Source: an uncultured Spirochaetota bacterium (GTDB lineage Bacteria; Spirochaetota; Brevinematia; Brevinematales; JAOACQ01). Taken from it: a stretch of 64,000 bases of DNA. Below the pieces are notes generated by a model. It ran no database searches, was not told where the DNA came from, and saw nothing but the letters and a program-made list of their open reading frames with translations. Each line of letters begins with the position of its first letter. Positions within the stretch are counted from its first letter, which is position 1. Position numbers and translations under genes: made by a program. Shown one piece after another: positions 30,320 to 40,565 of the stretch. Where the stretch lies: the NCBI GenBank assembly GCA_963768055.1, contig CAVYGN010000001.1, forward strand, positions 1,120,001 through 1,184,000, in the 5' to 3' direction.

Positions 30320-30349
30320 TTAAGTCCAGGCAGTTCCGAAAAATAATTT

Positions 30350-30907
30350 ATGGAGGAATACGTGAAAATGGAAAATTTTTTATTTACAGGGGCATTCTGG
30401 GGGTTTTTACTTGTACTGGCCGGAATACTTGTTGTCCTGAACGGTTTATTTCATACGCAAATCCCCACATTCAGGATCGTTGTAGCCGTGGTCTTTGTGG
30501 CGGTCGGAATCATGATCTTAAACGGCGGTTTTAAAATGCGCGGTCATACGGATCAAAATTCTGTCATATTCGGATCGAGCACTATGTCCCCGCCTTCTGA
30601 AGTGAATAACGAATACAGTATTGTATTAGGAAGCGGCATAGTTCAACTTAAAAATATAAGCCTTGAAAAAGGGATTGTTAATATCAAGGTAAATACTGTT
30701 ATGGGCAGCGGGGTTGTCGAGTTGCCGTCAAACATGCCTGTAAAGATTTCAGCTAACGCCGTATTCGGCGATGTCCGGTTCCCCGACGGCTCTTTTACAT
30801 CATTCGGTCGTAATTTATATGAGTCTGATGGTCTGAAAACGGGAAGCAATTATCTTTATATCGACGCTAATGCGGTATTCGGAAGTTTGAGAATTATAAG
30901 GCAATAA
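30350..30907 (+). CDS. LiaF/DUF2154-like membrane protein
   Basis: Two N-terminal TMs followed by repeated (A/T)VFG/VMG beta motifs; start may be 30362 or 30368. Confidence 0.65.
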   Translation: MEEYVKMENFLFTGAFWGFLLVLAGILVVLNGLFHTQIPTFRIVVAVVFVAVGIMILNGGFKMRGHTDQNSVIFGSSTMSPPSEVNNEYSIVLGSGIVQLKNISLEKGIVNIKVNTVMGSGVVELPSNMPVKISANAVFGDVRFPDGSFTSFGRNLYESDGLKTGSNYLYIDANAVFGSLRIIRQ

Positions 30908-30931
30908 ACATACTGTGGTGAAACCCTGACT

Positions 30932-31762
30932 TTAACCGATTGCAAGATACTTATCGATTCTTTCAAGGAGTTTCCTGTCCTCGTCGAAAATAAGGGCCTT
31001 AAGCTTGTCTGTCCCCAGATAAGTCCATAATCTGTATTGGTAAATACTTTGAATAACACTCTTCTGGATCAGCGAAACAAGTGAATCGTTCTTGCTGTAT
31101 ACGGCTTTAGCGTTCTTCTCGTCGCTCATATTCATAAGGACGCTTTCAGACCCGTCAACACAGACTGCAATATTGTCCCTTGGTATTTCATCCATTTTAA
31201 CGGCAAGGTCAAGTTTAAAAGAATATAAGGTTACACCCCTGGTTTCAAGACAATAATATGAAAAAATGTCGATATGAACTCCCTTTTGAAATTTTTCCTC
31301 AAGAGCTGCTATGAAATAATCAAGATTTTCCTGGTTCTGAATACTCATATATATATCTTTTTGAGCATTCCCGATCATTTTGACAGCTGAATTTATAATA
31401 TTTTTTTTACCTATTATATTCCAGAAATAATCGGTGTTGTCCTGTATAAGAAAATCACGGAGAGTTCCTGTAATGTTCGTTTTAGCTTCAGTGAAGTCGC
31501 TTTCGATATTTTTTAGAAATTCTTCTATTTCAACCGGAATATAAGTGTCGGGATTTGATTTTATTATTCTGGCGCCGCCCTTCTCAACCAGGCGGTTAAG
31601 CATTTCATATACGACAGGGCGCAATATTCCGCTGGTTTTCGAGAGCTGGTACCCTGTAATAGGATGATTTTCCAGAAGTGCGAGGTAAACTTTTGCTTCA
31701 TTGGGCGAGAGGCCTAATTTTTCAAAACTGCCGATAATATCAGATTGTTCGCTGATACCCAA
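30932..31762 (-). CDS. TrmB family transcriptional regulator
   Basis: LGLSPNEAKVYLALL...TGYQLSKTSGI.RPVVYE.L..LVEKG winged HTH; C-terminal effector domain. Confidence 0.88.
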   Translation of the reverse strand: MGISEQSDIIGSFEKLGLSPNEAKVYLALLENHPITGYQLSKTSGILRPVVYEMLNRLVEKGGARIIKSNPDTYIPVEIEEFLKNIESDFTEAKTNITGTLRDFLIQDNTDYFWNIIGKKNIINSAVKMIGNAQKDIYMSIQNQENLDYFIAALEEKFQKGVHIDIFSYYCLETRGVTLYSFKLDLAVKMDEIPRDNIAVCVDGSESVLMNMSDEKNAKAVYSKNDSLVSLIQKSVIQSIYQYRLWTYLGTDKLKALIFDEDRKLLERIDKYLAIG

Positions 31763-31775
31763 GCCAACCTCCTTG

Positions 31776-32804
31776 TTAGTATTGATAAAATCCGGCTCCT
31801 TTACCGATCATATTCATTGTTTCGGAATCGACATTGAATATGATCTTGTCGGATTTAAATTTCGACTTTTTTGCATCGACTAAATAAGGGTTACCTGTAA
31901 GCAGTATCTTTTTAATATGCATAAAATATTCGCCCCAATATGAGTAAGCCTTTTTATTGTTCTGTATAATAACTACATCCCCAATAAGGTTCGCTTTTTC
32001 TTCTTTATCAAACTTCTCCATAACAATAGAATAAGCCTTAATATTTTTATTGGTAAATGTTATATAGGGATGATCGGTTATCCTTGTATATCCGATTTCC
32101 TTATAATAATCTATCCTGCCGGAGTTGATTGTATATCCCTCTTTCAGGTCTTCCACTTTTACATTTCCAAGCGCATTAAAGCTTTCAAGGCTGCCCTTTA
32201 TGGTAAAGAAGCTGATTTTATCGGCGTTTATAATAGTCTTTTCCTGTTTTGTACACGCATTGCCAATAACTATGATGTTTCCTGTTTTTTGATAGACAGT
32301 AGCCTGGTCTCCTTCGATTGTAAAATTGGTGTTCGTTATATTAACATCGCCCAGCATAATAATGGTATTTTTTTCAGGATAAATTTTCATTAAATCGCTT
32401 TTAGCAACTGTGTTATCTTTAAGCATAACGATTTTAGGATTATCTCTTACCACGATTTCCTTTAACCGGGTTCTGTAAGTGCCTTCGCCGGATGTAAGAA
32501 TGATATGATCCTTGTTATTCCGGTAATAAACATTACCGAAAGCGTAACCGATTTCTTCCTTATTGTCATACATTATCATATCGGCTTTAAGGGTTGATTT
32601 TCCCTGGGTTAGTACCGGGATTATATTGTTGGAATTTTCCAGGAATACCTTTTCAATCTGCCATTTATAAGTCATCCTTCCGGCGGATACATCTACAGGT
32701 TCGTTTGTTGAAGTTGTAGGAGATTGTATAGCCTCGGAGAAACATAAACGGAATAATATTAAAAACAGGATTACAGGAAAAATCCTCATATTTTTGTGGC
32801 TCAT
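31776..32804 (-). CDS. lptA: LptA/OstA-family LPS transport protein (long form)
   Basis: Signal peptide; repeated beta-jellyroll motifs (AFGNV, LGDV, ALGNVKV, LTGNP); downstream of lptC. Confidence 0.75.
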   Translation of the reverse strand: MSHKNMRIFPVILFLILFRLCFSEAIQSPTTSTNEPVDVSAGRMTYKWQIEKVFLENSNNIIPVLTQGKSTLKADMIMYDNKEEIGYAFGNVYYRNNKDHIILTSGEGTYRTRLKEIVVRDNPKIVMLKDNTVAKSDLMKIYPEKNTIIMLGDVNITNTNFTIEGDQATVYQKTGNIIVIGNACTKQEKTIINADKISFFTIKGSLESFNALGNVKVEDLKEGYTINSGRIDYYKEIGYTRITDHPYITFTNKNIKAYSIVMEKFDKEEKANLIGDVVIIQNNKKAYSYWGEYFMHIKKILLTGNPYLVDAKKSKFKSDKIIFNVDSETMNMIGKGAGFYQY

Positions 32805-33322
32805 TTACTTACTTTTCCCTTTCCTTTTTCAAGGGTTACCTGCTTCAAGCCCGCATCAGCGAGCAGATTGTATCCTCTTATTACTGAATTTCCCCTTGTT
32901 AAAGTGACAAGGTCATCTGGATCCGTATAAAATATCTTTTTCTTATTATCCCAATAAACCTTGTTGGCTTCAAGGGTCGACTGATTATCCGAAAGGATTT
33001 TAACCTTGCCTTCGGCGTATACATCGGTGGTTATTTTATTTACATAACCCCCGTTAGCTGCCAGGAATGATTTTACAGTGCCGTCGGGGTTAAAAAAGGT
33101 CATTGCAAGATTGTATAAAAAAATCTCGTTTTTCGGGTTGTACATTTTCGCTTCGCTTGCTCTGAGCTCCCATTCCTTGGTACCTGATAAATTGGCCGAT
33201 TCATATTTAAAATCTCCCAGTACAAGGTCCGGAAATTCCGTGTTCTTATTAGTCGGATTTTTGAAAATAACAGCGCATGAGCATAATGAGAATATTAGAA
33301 ATAAATAAACTGTTTTCTTCAT
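32801..33322 (-). CDS. lptC: LPS export protein LptC
   Basis: WELRASEA, AEGKV, TLEANKVYWD, VIRG motifs. Confidence 0.8.
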   Translation of the reverse strand: MKKTVYLFLIFSLCSCAVIFKNPTNKNTEFPDLVLGDFKYESANLSGTKEWELRASEAKMYNPKNEIFLYNLAMTFFNPDGTVKSFLAANGGYVNKITTDVYAEGKVKILSDNQSTLEANKVYWDNKKKIFYTDPDDLVTLTRGNSVIRGYNLLADAGLKQVTLEKGKGKVSK

Positions 33323-33463
33323 TGACCGTCCTCAATATTCTTTGTATTTCAGAGTATCATAGCCGGCCGGGTATAAATAATTATTGAATTTTAGTAGTAA
33401 TTTTTCTACTCTTATCTTATTATATTAGATATATCGATTTATTGCAAAGAGTTCTTAATAGTT

Positions 33464-34180
33464 ATGAAAAACAAACTTATTTTAAAAGCCCTTGATATAT
33501 CAGAAAAGGCGGATATAAGCAAGGCTTTCAATCTTCAAAAAAATCTGTCCCGCTTCATAAGGCGGGAAGACGCAATAAAAGGAGTAAGATATATAGCAGG
33601 AGTCGATATATCTTACTCGAGGGAAGAATCGTTTTGTTCTATAGTTTTATTGGATAATTATTCAAAGGATAAACCTGTAATCGAAAAAGTTTTTTCCGTT
33701 AAAAAAATTTCCTTTCCTTATATTCCAGGTTTGCTTTTTTTTAGGGAATTTCCGGTTTTTTTCGAGTGCTATAAAAAGCTGAAAATCAAGCCCGGGGTTC
33801 TTATTTTTGACGGCCATGGTCTTTCCCACCAGAGAATGATGGGGATTGCGACAATGTCGGGAATATTGCTGAACAAGCCGAGCATAGGCTGCGCCAAGTC
33901 GCATTTGTTCGGCAACTATACTCAGCCCGGTGAAAAAAAGTTCTCATGCTCGGAGCTTAAGGTCCATGAAACGACAGTAGGTTATGTTCTCAGGTCTAAA
34001 GAAAAAGTTAAACCTATTTTCATTTCAACCGGATACGCCGTATCGCCCCATAAAGCCCTTGAAATAGTCTTAGGGCTCATTACAAATTATAAACTGCCTT
34101 TGCCGACACATTATGCTCATTATTATAGCGAAGGATATAAAAATTCAACCCGCAAACCCAATGATCCTGACCCGGTATAA
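33464..34180 (+). CDS. nfi: Endonuclease V
   Basis: IAGVDISY, FPYIPGLLFFRE, FDGHG, IGCAKS, YKLPLPT. Confidence 0.93.
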   Translation: MKNKLILKALDISEKADISKAFNLQKNLSRFIRREDAIKGVRYIAGVDISYSREESFCSIVLLDNYSKDKPVIEKVFSVKKISFPYIPGLLFFREFPVFFECYKKLKIKPGVLIFDGHGLSHQRMMGIATMSGILLNKPSIGCAKSHLFGNYTQPGEKKFSCSELKVHETTVGYVLRSKEKVKPIFISTGYAVSPHKALEIVLGLITNYKLPLPTHYAHYYSEGYKNSTRKPNDPDPV

Positions 34181-34286
34181 TGGCAGTTCTAAGAAACGCC
34201 CATAAATTACTATTCTGAATATTATCATCCGATAATATTTAGGGTAGTTCCATTAATCGCCCATAAGCTAAAGGTCTTTTCAACAA

Positions 34287-34314
34287 TTGACAACAGGAAA
34301 ATGCGTATTATAAT
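34287..34314 (+). promoter_or_regulatory. Consensus sigma70 promoter
   Basis: TTGACA-N16-TATAAT. Confidence 0.75.
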
Positions 34315-34344
34315 TTCTAATTATAAAAATCAGAAGAGGAGTCG

Positions 34345-35211
34345 ATGAGAATCAATGTTAAAGAAGCCCTGATGATCTCAGATAAGTATGATTCCGAGGT
34401 TCCGATACTCTATCTGTCCGATATACAGATAAAAAACAACAATGAATTCGTGACGATACCAAGGGATACCCCTTTCAACCCCTCCCATTACGAATATCTG
34501 GACAAGGCGGGTATCTGCAGTATAGATGTTCAATATAATGAAAAATTGCATGCTAAGCTCATATCGAATTTTCCGGTTACTTATCGTCCGCCCGTGGGTA
34601 GAAAGAACGTAATCGAATTCGACAGGTTCATAGATATACTTGAATCGGCAAACGGTTCAAGTAAAAGAAAAAGAAATATAATTTCTCTCTCTGAATTTTA
34701 CAAAAAATCTCCGGGCCTGACTTACGAGGTAATATTGGGATATGGGGAAAAATTGAACTACAAAAGGTGGAATGAAATAAAATTTAATTTAAATAGAAAC
34801 GCCTCGATCGACTATAGATTTGATGAATGCGGGATAATCGTTTTTTTCATTTTGAATGCCCTGGATTCTAATTATTCTCAAAATTTCATGAAATTTACTG
34901 AACTTGTTTCACTAATAGTCGATAGTAAAAGACTGGATATTATATTCAGTCCGGATTTTGATCCGGAAACTGACGTCTATACCGTAAACGCCAAAGGCGA
35001 TTTATTAAAATCTTATATAGAGAGCAACGCGTCTCTTATTATCGTCGGAGAAGACCTTAACGAACAATACAAGGATGCGCTCTCACAGGTAAAATTCTAT
35101 GACCGTTATGCCAAGTTCATGGTCATTAAAAACCCCGAACCGTCAAGAAGAGTGGAAATTCTAACACAGATCAAAAATGTTTACGGTAGCAGGTTATGGG
35201 AAGAAAAATAA
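34345..35211 (+). CDS. Hypothetical cytoplasmic protein
   Basis: 288 aa ORF with SD aggag and consensus promoter; no recognisable catalytic motif. Confidence 0.75.
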   Translation: MRINVKEALMISDKYDSEVPILYLSDIQIKNNNEFVTIPRDTPFNPSHYEYLDKAGICSIDVQYNEKLHAKLISNFPVTYRPPVGRKNVIEFDRFIDILESANGSSKRKRNIISLSEFYKKSPGLTYEVILGYGEKLNYKRWNEIKFNLNRNASIDYRFDECGIIVFFILNALDSNYSQNFMKFTELVSLIVDSKRLDIIFSPDFDPETDVYTVNAKGDLLKSYIESNASLIIVGEDLNEQYKDALSQVKFYDRYAKFMVIKNPEPSRRVEILTQIKNVYGSRLWEEK

Positions 35212-35678
35212 ATCTTGTCCTGGAAGTGTTACCCTTCCTTGAAAATTTAATATGGTTCAATATCAAACGCTTCAGGATATTAAGCTTTTGGAGGATAATG
35301 TTTTTTTTGATCAATCTCATGCTTTTTTCAGTCACTTTCCTTACGGTTCCTCAAAGTTTTCTCTATTATATTTTTATTATTGTAAGTTTTTCAAATATGC
35401 TTTTTATTTATTCCAGAATTATTTCCCGAACAGACGCCTATATTTTACTTAGGCAGCTAGGCTCATCTTTTATATTTATAATTTTTGATAATATATTCGA
35501 AATAATTCTTGTTTTTGTACCTGCGGCCGCTTTTTCCCTTATTTTTTCTTTATATATACGGCCTTCCGCACTTTCTTTCCTTTTTATACTGTTCCAGGCT
35601 CTTGTCGTAGTATTGTTTATTCCTATCGTATCATTAATTGTCCTGATCAGGCTCGATAAACAGATCAGGGAAGAGTGA
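35196..35678 (+). CDS. Small membrane protein resembling a minimal FtsX-type permease
   Basis: 4 TM; RTDAYILLRQLGSS resembles the FtsX coupling helix; overlaps ABC ATPase gene. Confidence 0.5.
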   Translation: MGRKINLVLEVLPFLENLIWFNIKRFRILSFWRIMFFLINLMLFSVTFLTVPQSFLYYIFIIVSFSNMLFIYSRIISRTDAYILLRQLGSSFIFIIFDNIFEIILVFVPAAAFSLIFSLYIRPSALSFLFILFQALVVVLFIPIVSLIVLIRLDKQIREE

Positions 35679-36373
35679 GCTTAAAGAATATGGATATCAA
35701 GCTTATACATATATCAAAAAAATACAAATCCGTTGACAATAAGTTTATAAAGAGCCTTGAGAGCGTCAATATCGATATAAATTATGGTAATTATATGTCA
35801 TTTGTCGGCCCGTCCGGGAGCGGAAAAAGCACACTTCTAAAAATTCTAACGTCAAATCTTAAACCCAGTTCAGGAGAAGTTTTCTGGGGAAAATACAGGA
35901 TTTCAGCAACACCTCAACAAGAAGTAGCTTATATGAGAAGAACTAAATTCGGAATAATTTTCCAGGATAATCAGTTTATTAACGAACTTTCTGTCGAGGA
36001 CAATATTCTTCTCCCGCTTGCAATAAACAGTTCCCCTGTAAGATCAAAGTTTAAATATTATAATACTCTTATGGAAAGCCTCAATATTGGGGGTCTAAAG
36101 AAAAGATACCCCTTTGAATTGTCCGGAGGGGAAAAAAAGAAAGTGTCAATTGCGCGTTCTCTCATTAATAATCCTGAAATACTGGTAGCCGATGAACCTA
36201 CTGCAAATCTCGACGAGGCGTCGGCCCGTGAGGTTTTCAATATATTCAGTAATTTGAATAAACTTGGATTAACAATTGTTATTGCTACGCATGATGAAAG
36301 ATTCGGCAATTATTGCAAAGAGACCTATTATATACGCAGCGGGAAAATCGAGAGTTTCAAGGGAAATACTTAG
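35675..36373 (+). CDS. ABC transporter ATPase (LolD/FtsE/MacB-like)
   Basis: GPSGSGKST, LSGGEKK, ADEPTANLD, IATHD. Confidence 0.92.
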   Translation: MSLKNMDIKLIHISKKYKSVDNKFIKSLESVNIDINYGNYMSFVGPSGSGKSTLLKILTSNLKPSSGEVFWGKYRISATPQQEVAYMRRTKFGIIFQDNQFINELSVEDNILLPLAINSSPVRSKFKYYNTLMESLNIGGLKKRYPFELSGGEKKKVSIARSLINNPEILVADEPTANLDEASAREVFNIFSNLNKLGLTIVIATHDERFGNYCKETYYIRSGKIESFKGNT

Positions 36374-36452
36374 ATTTTAGATTTAAACAAAGGGATTGAA
36401 ACCGCATATTAAGCCCTGGAGGGTAATCAGCGTTTCAAACCCATTATAAAGG

Positions 36453-38498
36453 ATGATTATGTTTCGAAAATATGCTGTGGCACTATTCATTAATTTCAGT
36501 ATTCTTGCAGTGATTTTTATTGTGTTTATATACTTCGATATTAATATAAACCGGGCGCTTGAAAAAAATATCCGATCAAGGGTGATTGCGTCATCAGTTT
36601 CAAACCTGGTTATACCACGCTACAGGAACTATATTGACTGGGATCCGGGCTTTTATAACGATCAGGATTTGATAAACGATGAAACTAATATAAGCAATGT
36701 ATTGATCTCTTCAAACTGCTCCGCCGAGCTGTCCTTTTATTCCTATAAAAAATCGTATTATCGATACGAAATCGTTCGTTTTATTCTTGCAGGTAAAATC
36801 GATCCCTCTAAATTTTACGTTATAATTTATAAAGATAAGGAAGCGCTAAGCTCTTATTTCGGTCCAATGAAACTAACATTCAGCGGATCCCGGAAGGAAA
36901 GTTATGCAAGCTGGATAAGCGGATGGAGGACTGAGACAGGGTCGTTCAGTGCTGTTTTATTTTACCTGGGCAAACCGGTAATAACCAGAAATTTTGAGGT
37001 CATTGCAAGAAAGCCTCCAGACTTTAAAAAAACACTAAGCCTTTTGAACCTTGAATATAATCAACCTGTTATTAAGAGAACAATATTTAACAGCCGGTTT
37101 AAAAAAATCGATTTTCTGAGCGGCCTTCTAGATTGGATGAATTATGGAAATATTGATGCTTTTTTTACCCTGGCTGGTGAAACAACAGGCTGGGGGAACA
37201 TTAACAAGGAGAAACCCTGGGAATATTATCCGTTAAAAAACCTCGAGATGATCGGGAAGGAACTCAGCGCCAGCAACAAACTTGTCGGTGCATATATTAT
37301 GTGTTTCTATACGCCTAAAAACGGTTGGGAAAAAGCGGGGTATAATCCTGCACTTGGCATAAGAAGGGACAATAATAACATAATATTGTCAAGTGGGAAT
37401 TTTATTTCTTTCAACGATAAAAAAAGATTTGATGATATTGTAAGCCTTGCAAAATATTTGAACAATCTAGATTATGTCGATTTTATAGGTTTTGATTTTT
37501 TGCGTTTCGGGGAATTGACGGGATATGAGAATGCAGATGAATTTACCCGTGATATGAATGTTGAAATTCCTTCCGGATGGGAGAGTTATACGCTTTCAGA
37601 TAAGATTATATGGCTTGGCCGAAGGCTGCAGGATAATGAAAATTCAGCTATAAAAGAACAATGGAATCTCTGGATAGCCCATAAAACCGCCGATTTTATT
37701 TACAGGGTAAGAAAGGCTGCGGGAATAACAAAACCCATATGGGTATTTACATTGGGCTGGGATCATGGCAGGGAGCATGGCCAGGACCCGTTCTTTTTTC
37801 AAGATGCAGGAGTATTCGCGGATTTTGTAATGTTGTACGAGGCTTCTCCCGATATGTTCGAAGCAATGAAAAAAAGCTGGGCCGGTTACCTCTCCGATGA
37901 GAAATTAAATTATATACCAGGCAACCAGATTGACTCCATCATTCTCAAATCATGTCATGGAAACAATCCTGTAGAAGAATATTATTACAGGCTCAAATTG
38001 GCCGCTCATTATTCTCCGAATTTCTCAAAGGGTGTTTTTATTCATGATATATCAAGAGCATTCTGGGGCAGGTTAGGAGATTATTCTTATCTTGAATGGC
38101 TTGTTTCCGGGTTATCAAGCTCCAGTTATACTCGCTGGTTAAATAATGAAATTCCATTTCACATAGAAATTCTTACAAATGAAATATTAACCGGCATCTC
38201 CGGCTTTTCGGACATTCCGGTCAGGATTCAAATAAATCCTGCCGCACTGCCGCTTCTGGCCGGGAAAATAATGACGATTGAAAATGTTGGAGATAATATT
38301 AATCAAAAGATTGACATTTCAAAAAAAACTAATATAATATTAACAGTTAGAATGAATTCAAAGATAGGTAAGATTCATTGGCTTGGGCTTTGCTCCAGAA
38401 TCGACGGCTATCCTCCTTATTTTGCTTTCGAATACATTAAGAAAAGCAATATAAATATAGCTCTAAGCAAAAATCCGAAAGTGTCCAAAAATTACTAA
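36453..38498 (+). CDS. Membrane-anchored hypothetical protein with possible glycoside-hydrolase-like TIM barrel
   Basis: N-terminal TM; IGFDFLRF and FVMLY segments resemble GHL10-type barrels (inference). Confidence 0.55.
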   Translation: MIMFRKYAVALFINFSILAVIFIVFIYFDININRALEKNIRSRVIASSVSNLVIPRYRNYIDWDPGFYNDQDLINDETNISNVLISSNCSAELSFYSYKKSYYRYEIVRFILAGKIDPSKFYVIIYKDKEALSSYFGPMKLTFSGSRKESYASWISGWRTETGSFSAVLFYLGKPVITRNFEVIARKPPDFKKTLSLLNLEYNQPVIKRTIFNSRFKKIDFLSGLLDWMNYGNIDAFFTLAGETTGWGNINKEKPWEYYPLKNLEMIGKELSASNKLVGAYIMCFYTPKNGWEKAGYNPALGIRRDNNNIILSSGNFISFNDKKRFDDIVSLAKYLNNLDYVDFIGFDFLRFGELTGYENADEFTRDMNVEIPSGWESYTLSDKIIWLGRRLQDNENSAIKEQWNLWIAHKTADFIYRVRKAAGITKPIWVFTLGWDHGREHGQDPFFFQDAGVFADFVMLYEASPDMFEAMKKSWAGYLSDEKLNYIPGNQIDSIILKSCHGNNPVEEYYYRLKLAAHYSPNFSKGVFIHDISRAFWGRLGDYSYLEWLVSGLSSSSYTRWLNNEIPFHIEILTNEILTGISGFSDIPVRIQINPAALPLLAGKIMTIENVGDNINQKIDISKKTNIILTVRMNSKIGKIHWLGLCSRIDGYPPYFAFEYIKKSNINIALSKNPKVSKNY

Positions 38499-38776
38499 GG
38501 ACGCATCTAAAAACCTTCGGATAGGAAGCGTCCATAGGGCATGCACATAAAGATAAAAAGTAAGTTTTTGCAGGAAGGCTGATATTCTTGTTTATTAGAA
38601 CTGCCCTAAGGCATTTTCTTTTATAATAATCATAATTATCAATTCGGTAAGGGGAATTTAACTCGCTTGTATACACTTTCCAGAGCTTGTAAAATTTTAA
38701 TACATTGTTACTATTTGGAATTATTAAATTTCCCTATCTGATTTTATAAAAAAATTACCCTAAGAAGGAGTTTGTT

Positions 38777-40216
38777 ATGCCAAAAAGGATAAGGCTGAAA
38801 AACGGCAATGATGTTGACGAAAAATCAACAGAATCTTCAGAAAAAACTGTTCAGGATATTGAGGATAATAAAAATAATGTATTCAGCTCATATATCCATA
38901 CCAATGATCCCGAAGAGGTAATGAAGCAGATATTTACAGATGACAAAAGAATTTATATAAACAAGCTGAAACAGCTTTCAATAACCGAACTTACAATAAT
39001 AGCCGAACAGCTGAAAATCGATAACTACGAGTCCATGCACACTCAGGAAATGGTTTATCAAATACTTAGAAAGCATGCCGATAATGACGGTATAATTTAC
39101 GGCGGCGGCATACTTCAAGTTATCGAGGGCGGCTTCGGGTTTCTGCGTTCTCAAAGATACAATTTTTTACCAAGTTCGGATGATATATATGTTTCACCGT
39201 CTCAAATTTCTCTCTTTAAATTAAGAACAGGCGATACTGTCGAGGGCCATATCCGCCCTCCAAAAAGGACTGAAGAAGAAAAATTTTTCGCCCTTCTCAG
39301 AATAGAAAAAATTAACGATAAATCCCCTGAAGAAGCAAGAAGAAGGACTCTCTTTGATAACCTTACTCCTTTATTTCCAGAGCAGAAATTCAAACTTGAG
39401 GTGGAATCGGATGAAATAGCAATGAGGATTATGGACCTTTTCACTCCTATCGGAAAGGGCCAAAGGGGCCTCGTAGTCTCCCCGCCGAAGGCTGGAAAAA
39501 CCGTTTTATTAAAGAAAATAGCAAACAGTATTACAACGAACCACCCCGAAGTCCGGCTGATAATTTTTCTTGTAGACGAAAGACCCGAAGAAGTCACAGA
39601 CATGCAGAGGTCCGTTCAGGCGGAAGTATTGAGCTCAACCTTCGACGAACCGGCATCTAAACATGTGCTTGTTGCCCAGATGGTTCTTGAAAAAGCAAAA
39701 CGCCTTGTTGAAAGCGGATATGATGTAGTTATATTGCTGGATTCGATAACAAGGCTTGCCAGGGCTTATAATCAGGTTGAACCCGCCAGCGGTAAAGTTT
39801 TATCCGGCGGAATCGATTCAAACGCACTGCATAAACCCAAGAAATTTTTCGGTGCGGCCAGAAACATAGAAGAGGGCGGCAGCCTTACTATTGTTGCCAC
39901 AGCCCTTGTTGATACGGGAAGCAAGATGGACGAAGTTATTTATGAGGAATTCAAGGGTACAGGCAATATGGAAATCCATCTTGACAGGAACCTTTCCAAT
40001 ATCAGGATATTCCCGGCTATCGATATTAAACTTTCAGGTACCCGAAGGGAAGATCTTCTCCTGTCTAACGATTCCCTTGAAAAGATAAGAATGCTGCGGA
40101 AAGTCTTCGCGTCGATGCCGAACGAGGAGATCATACCCAAATTGACGACCGCTATGAAAAAGACTGAGAAAAACGAGGAATTCCTCAACAACATGCAGTA
40201 CTTCTCAAAGGATTGA
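38777..40216 (+). CDS. rho: Transcription termination factor Rho
   Basis: [49 protein letters not shown]. Confidence 0.99.
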   Translation: MPKRIRLKNGNDVDEKSTESSEKTVQDIEDNKNNVFSSYIHTNDPEEVMKQIFTDDKRIYINKLKQLSITELTIIAEQLKIDNYESMHTQEMVYQILRKHADNDGIIYGGGILQVIEGGFGFLRSQRYNFLPSSDDIYVSPSQISLFKLRTGDTVEGHIRPPKRTEEEKFFALLRIEKINDKSPEEARRRTLFDNLTPLFPEQKFKLEVESDEIAMRIMDLFTPIGKGQRGLVVSPPKAGKTVLLKKIANSITTNHPEVRLIIFLVDERPEEVTDMQRSVQAEVLSSTFDEPASKHVLVAQMVLEKAKRLVESGYDVVILLDSITRLARAYNQVEPASGKVLSGGIDSNALHKPKKFFGAARNIEEGGSLTIVATALVDTGSKMDEVIYEEFKGTGNMEIHLDRNLSNIRIFPAIDIKLSGTRREDLLLSNDSLEKIRMLRKVFASMPNEEIIPKLTTAMKKTEKNEEFLNNMQYFSKD

Positions 40217-40296
40217 ATCTAAATACCGTTTAATCTGCCATATACTGTTAAATCATATATTAATCCATCTCATCTGTGCCATCTGTGGTTAGATTT

Positions 40297-40325
40297 TTGA
40301 CTAAAATCACAAAATATATTAATAT
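40297..40325 (+). promoter_or_regulatory. Putative sigma70 promoter of rpmE
   Basis: TTGACT-N17-TAATAT. Confidence 0.5.
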
Positions 40326-40352
40326 ATAGTATTATATTTCAGGAGCACCTAA

Positions 40353-40553
40353 ATGAAAGAGGGCATTCATCCCAAACTCTTCGATACAAAAGTAAGATGC
40401 ACATGCGGAAACGAATTTGTCATACAGACAGTCGTTCCTGAAATTAACGTTGAAATTTGTTCAAAATGTCATCCCTTTTATACCGGCCAGAAGAGAATAG
40501 CTGAAAGGGGCGGTATGGTTGACAGGTTCAAGAAGAGATATAACATAAAATAA
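40353..40553 (+). CDS. rpmE: 50S ribosomal protein L31 (Zn-binding type)
   Basis: MKEGIHP, CTCG, CSKCHPFYTG. Confidence 0.97.
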   Translation: MKEGIHPKLFDTKVRCTCGNEFVIQTVVPEINVEICSKCHPFYTGQKRIAERGGMVDRFKKRYNIK

Positions 40554-40565
40554 TCCATAAAAAAG

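Noticed and set aside
36373..36442. CRISPR array
   Set aside because: Only one repeat-like unit, no second direct repeat, no cas genes in the window
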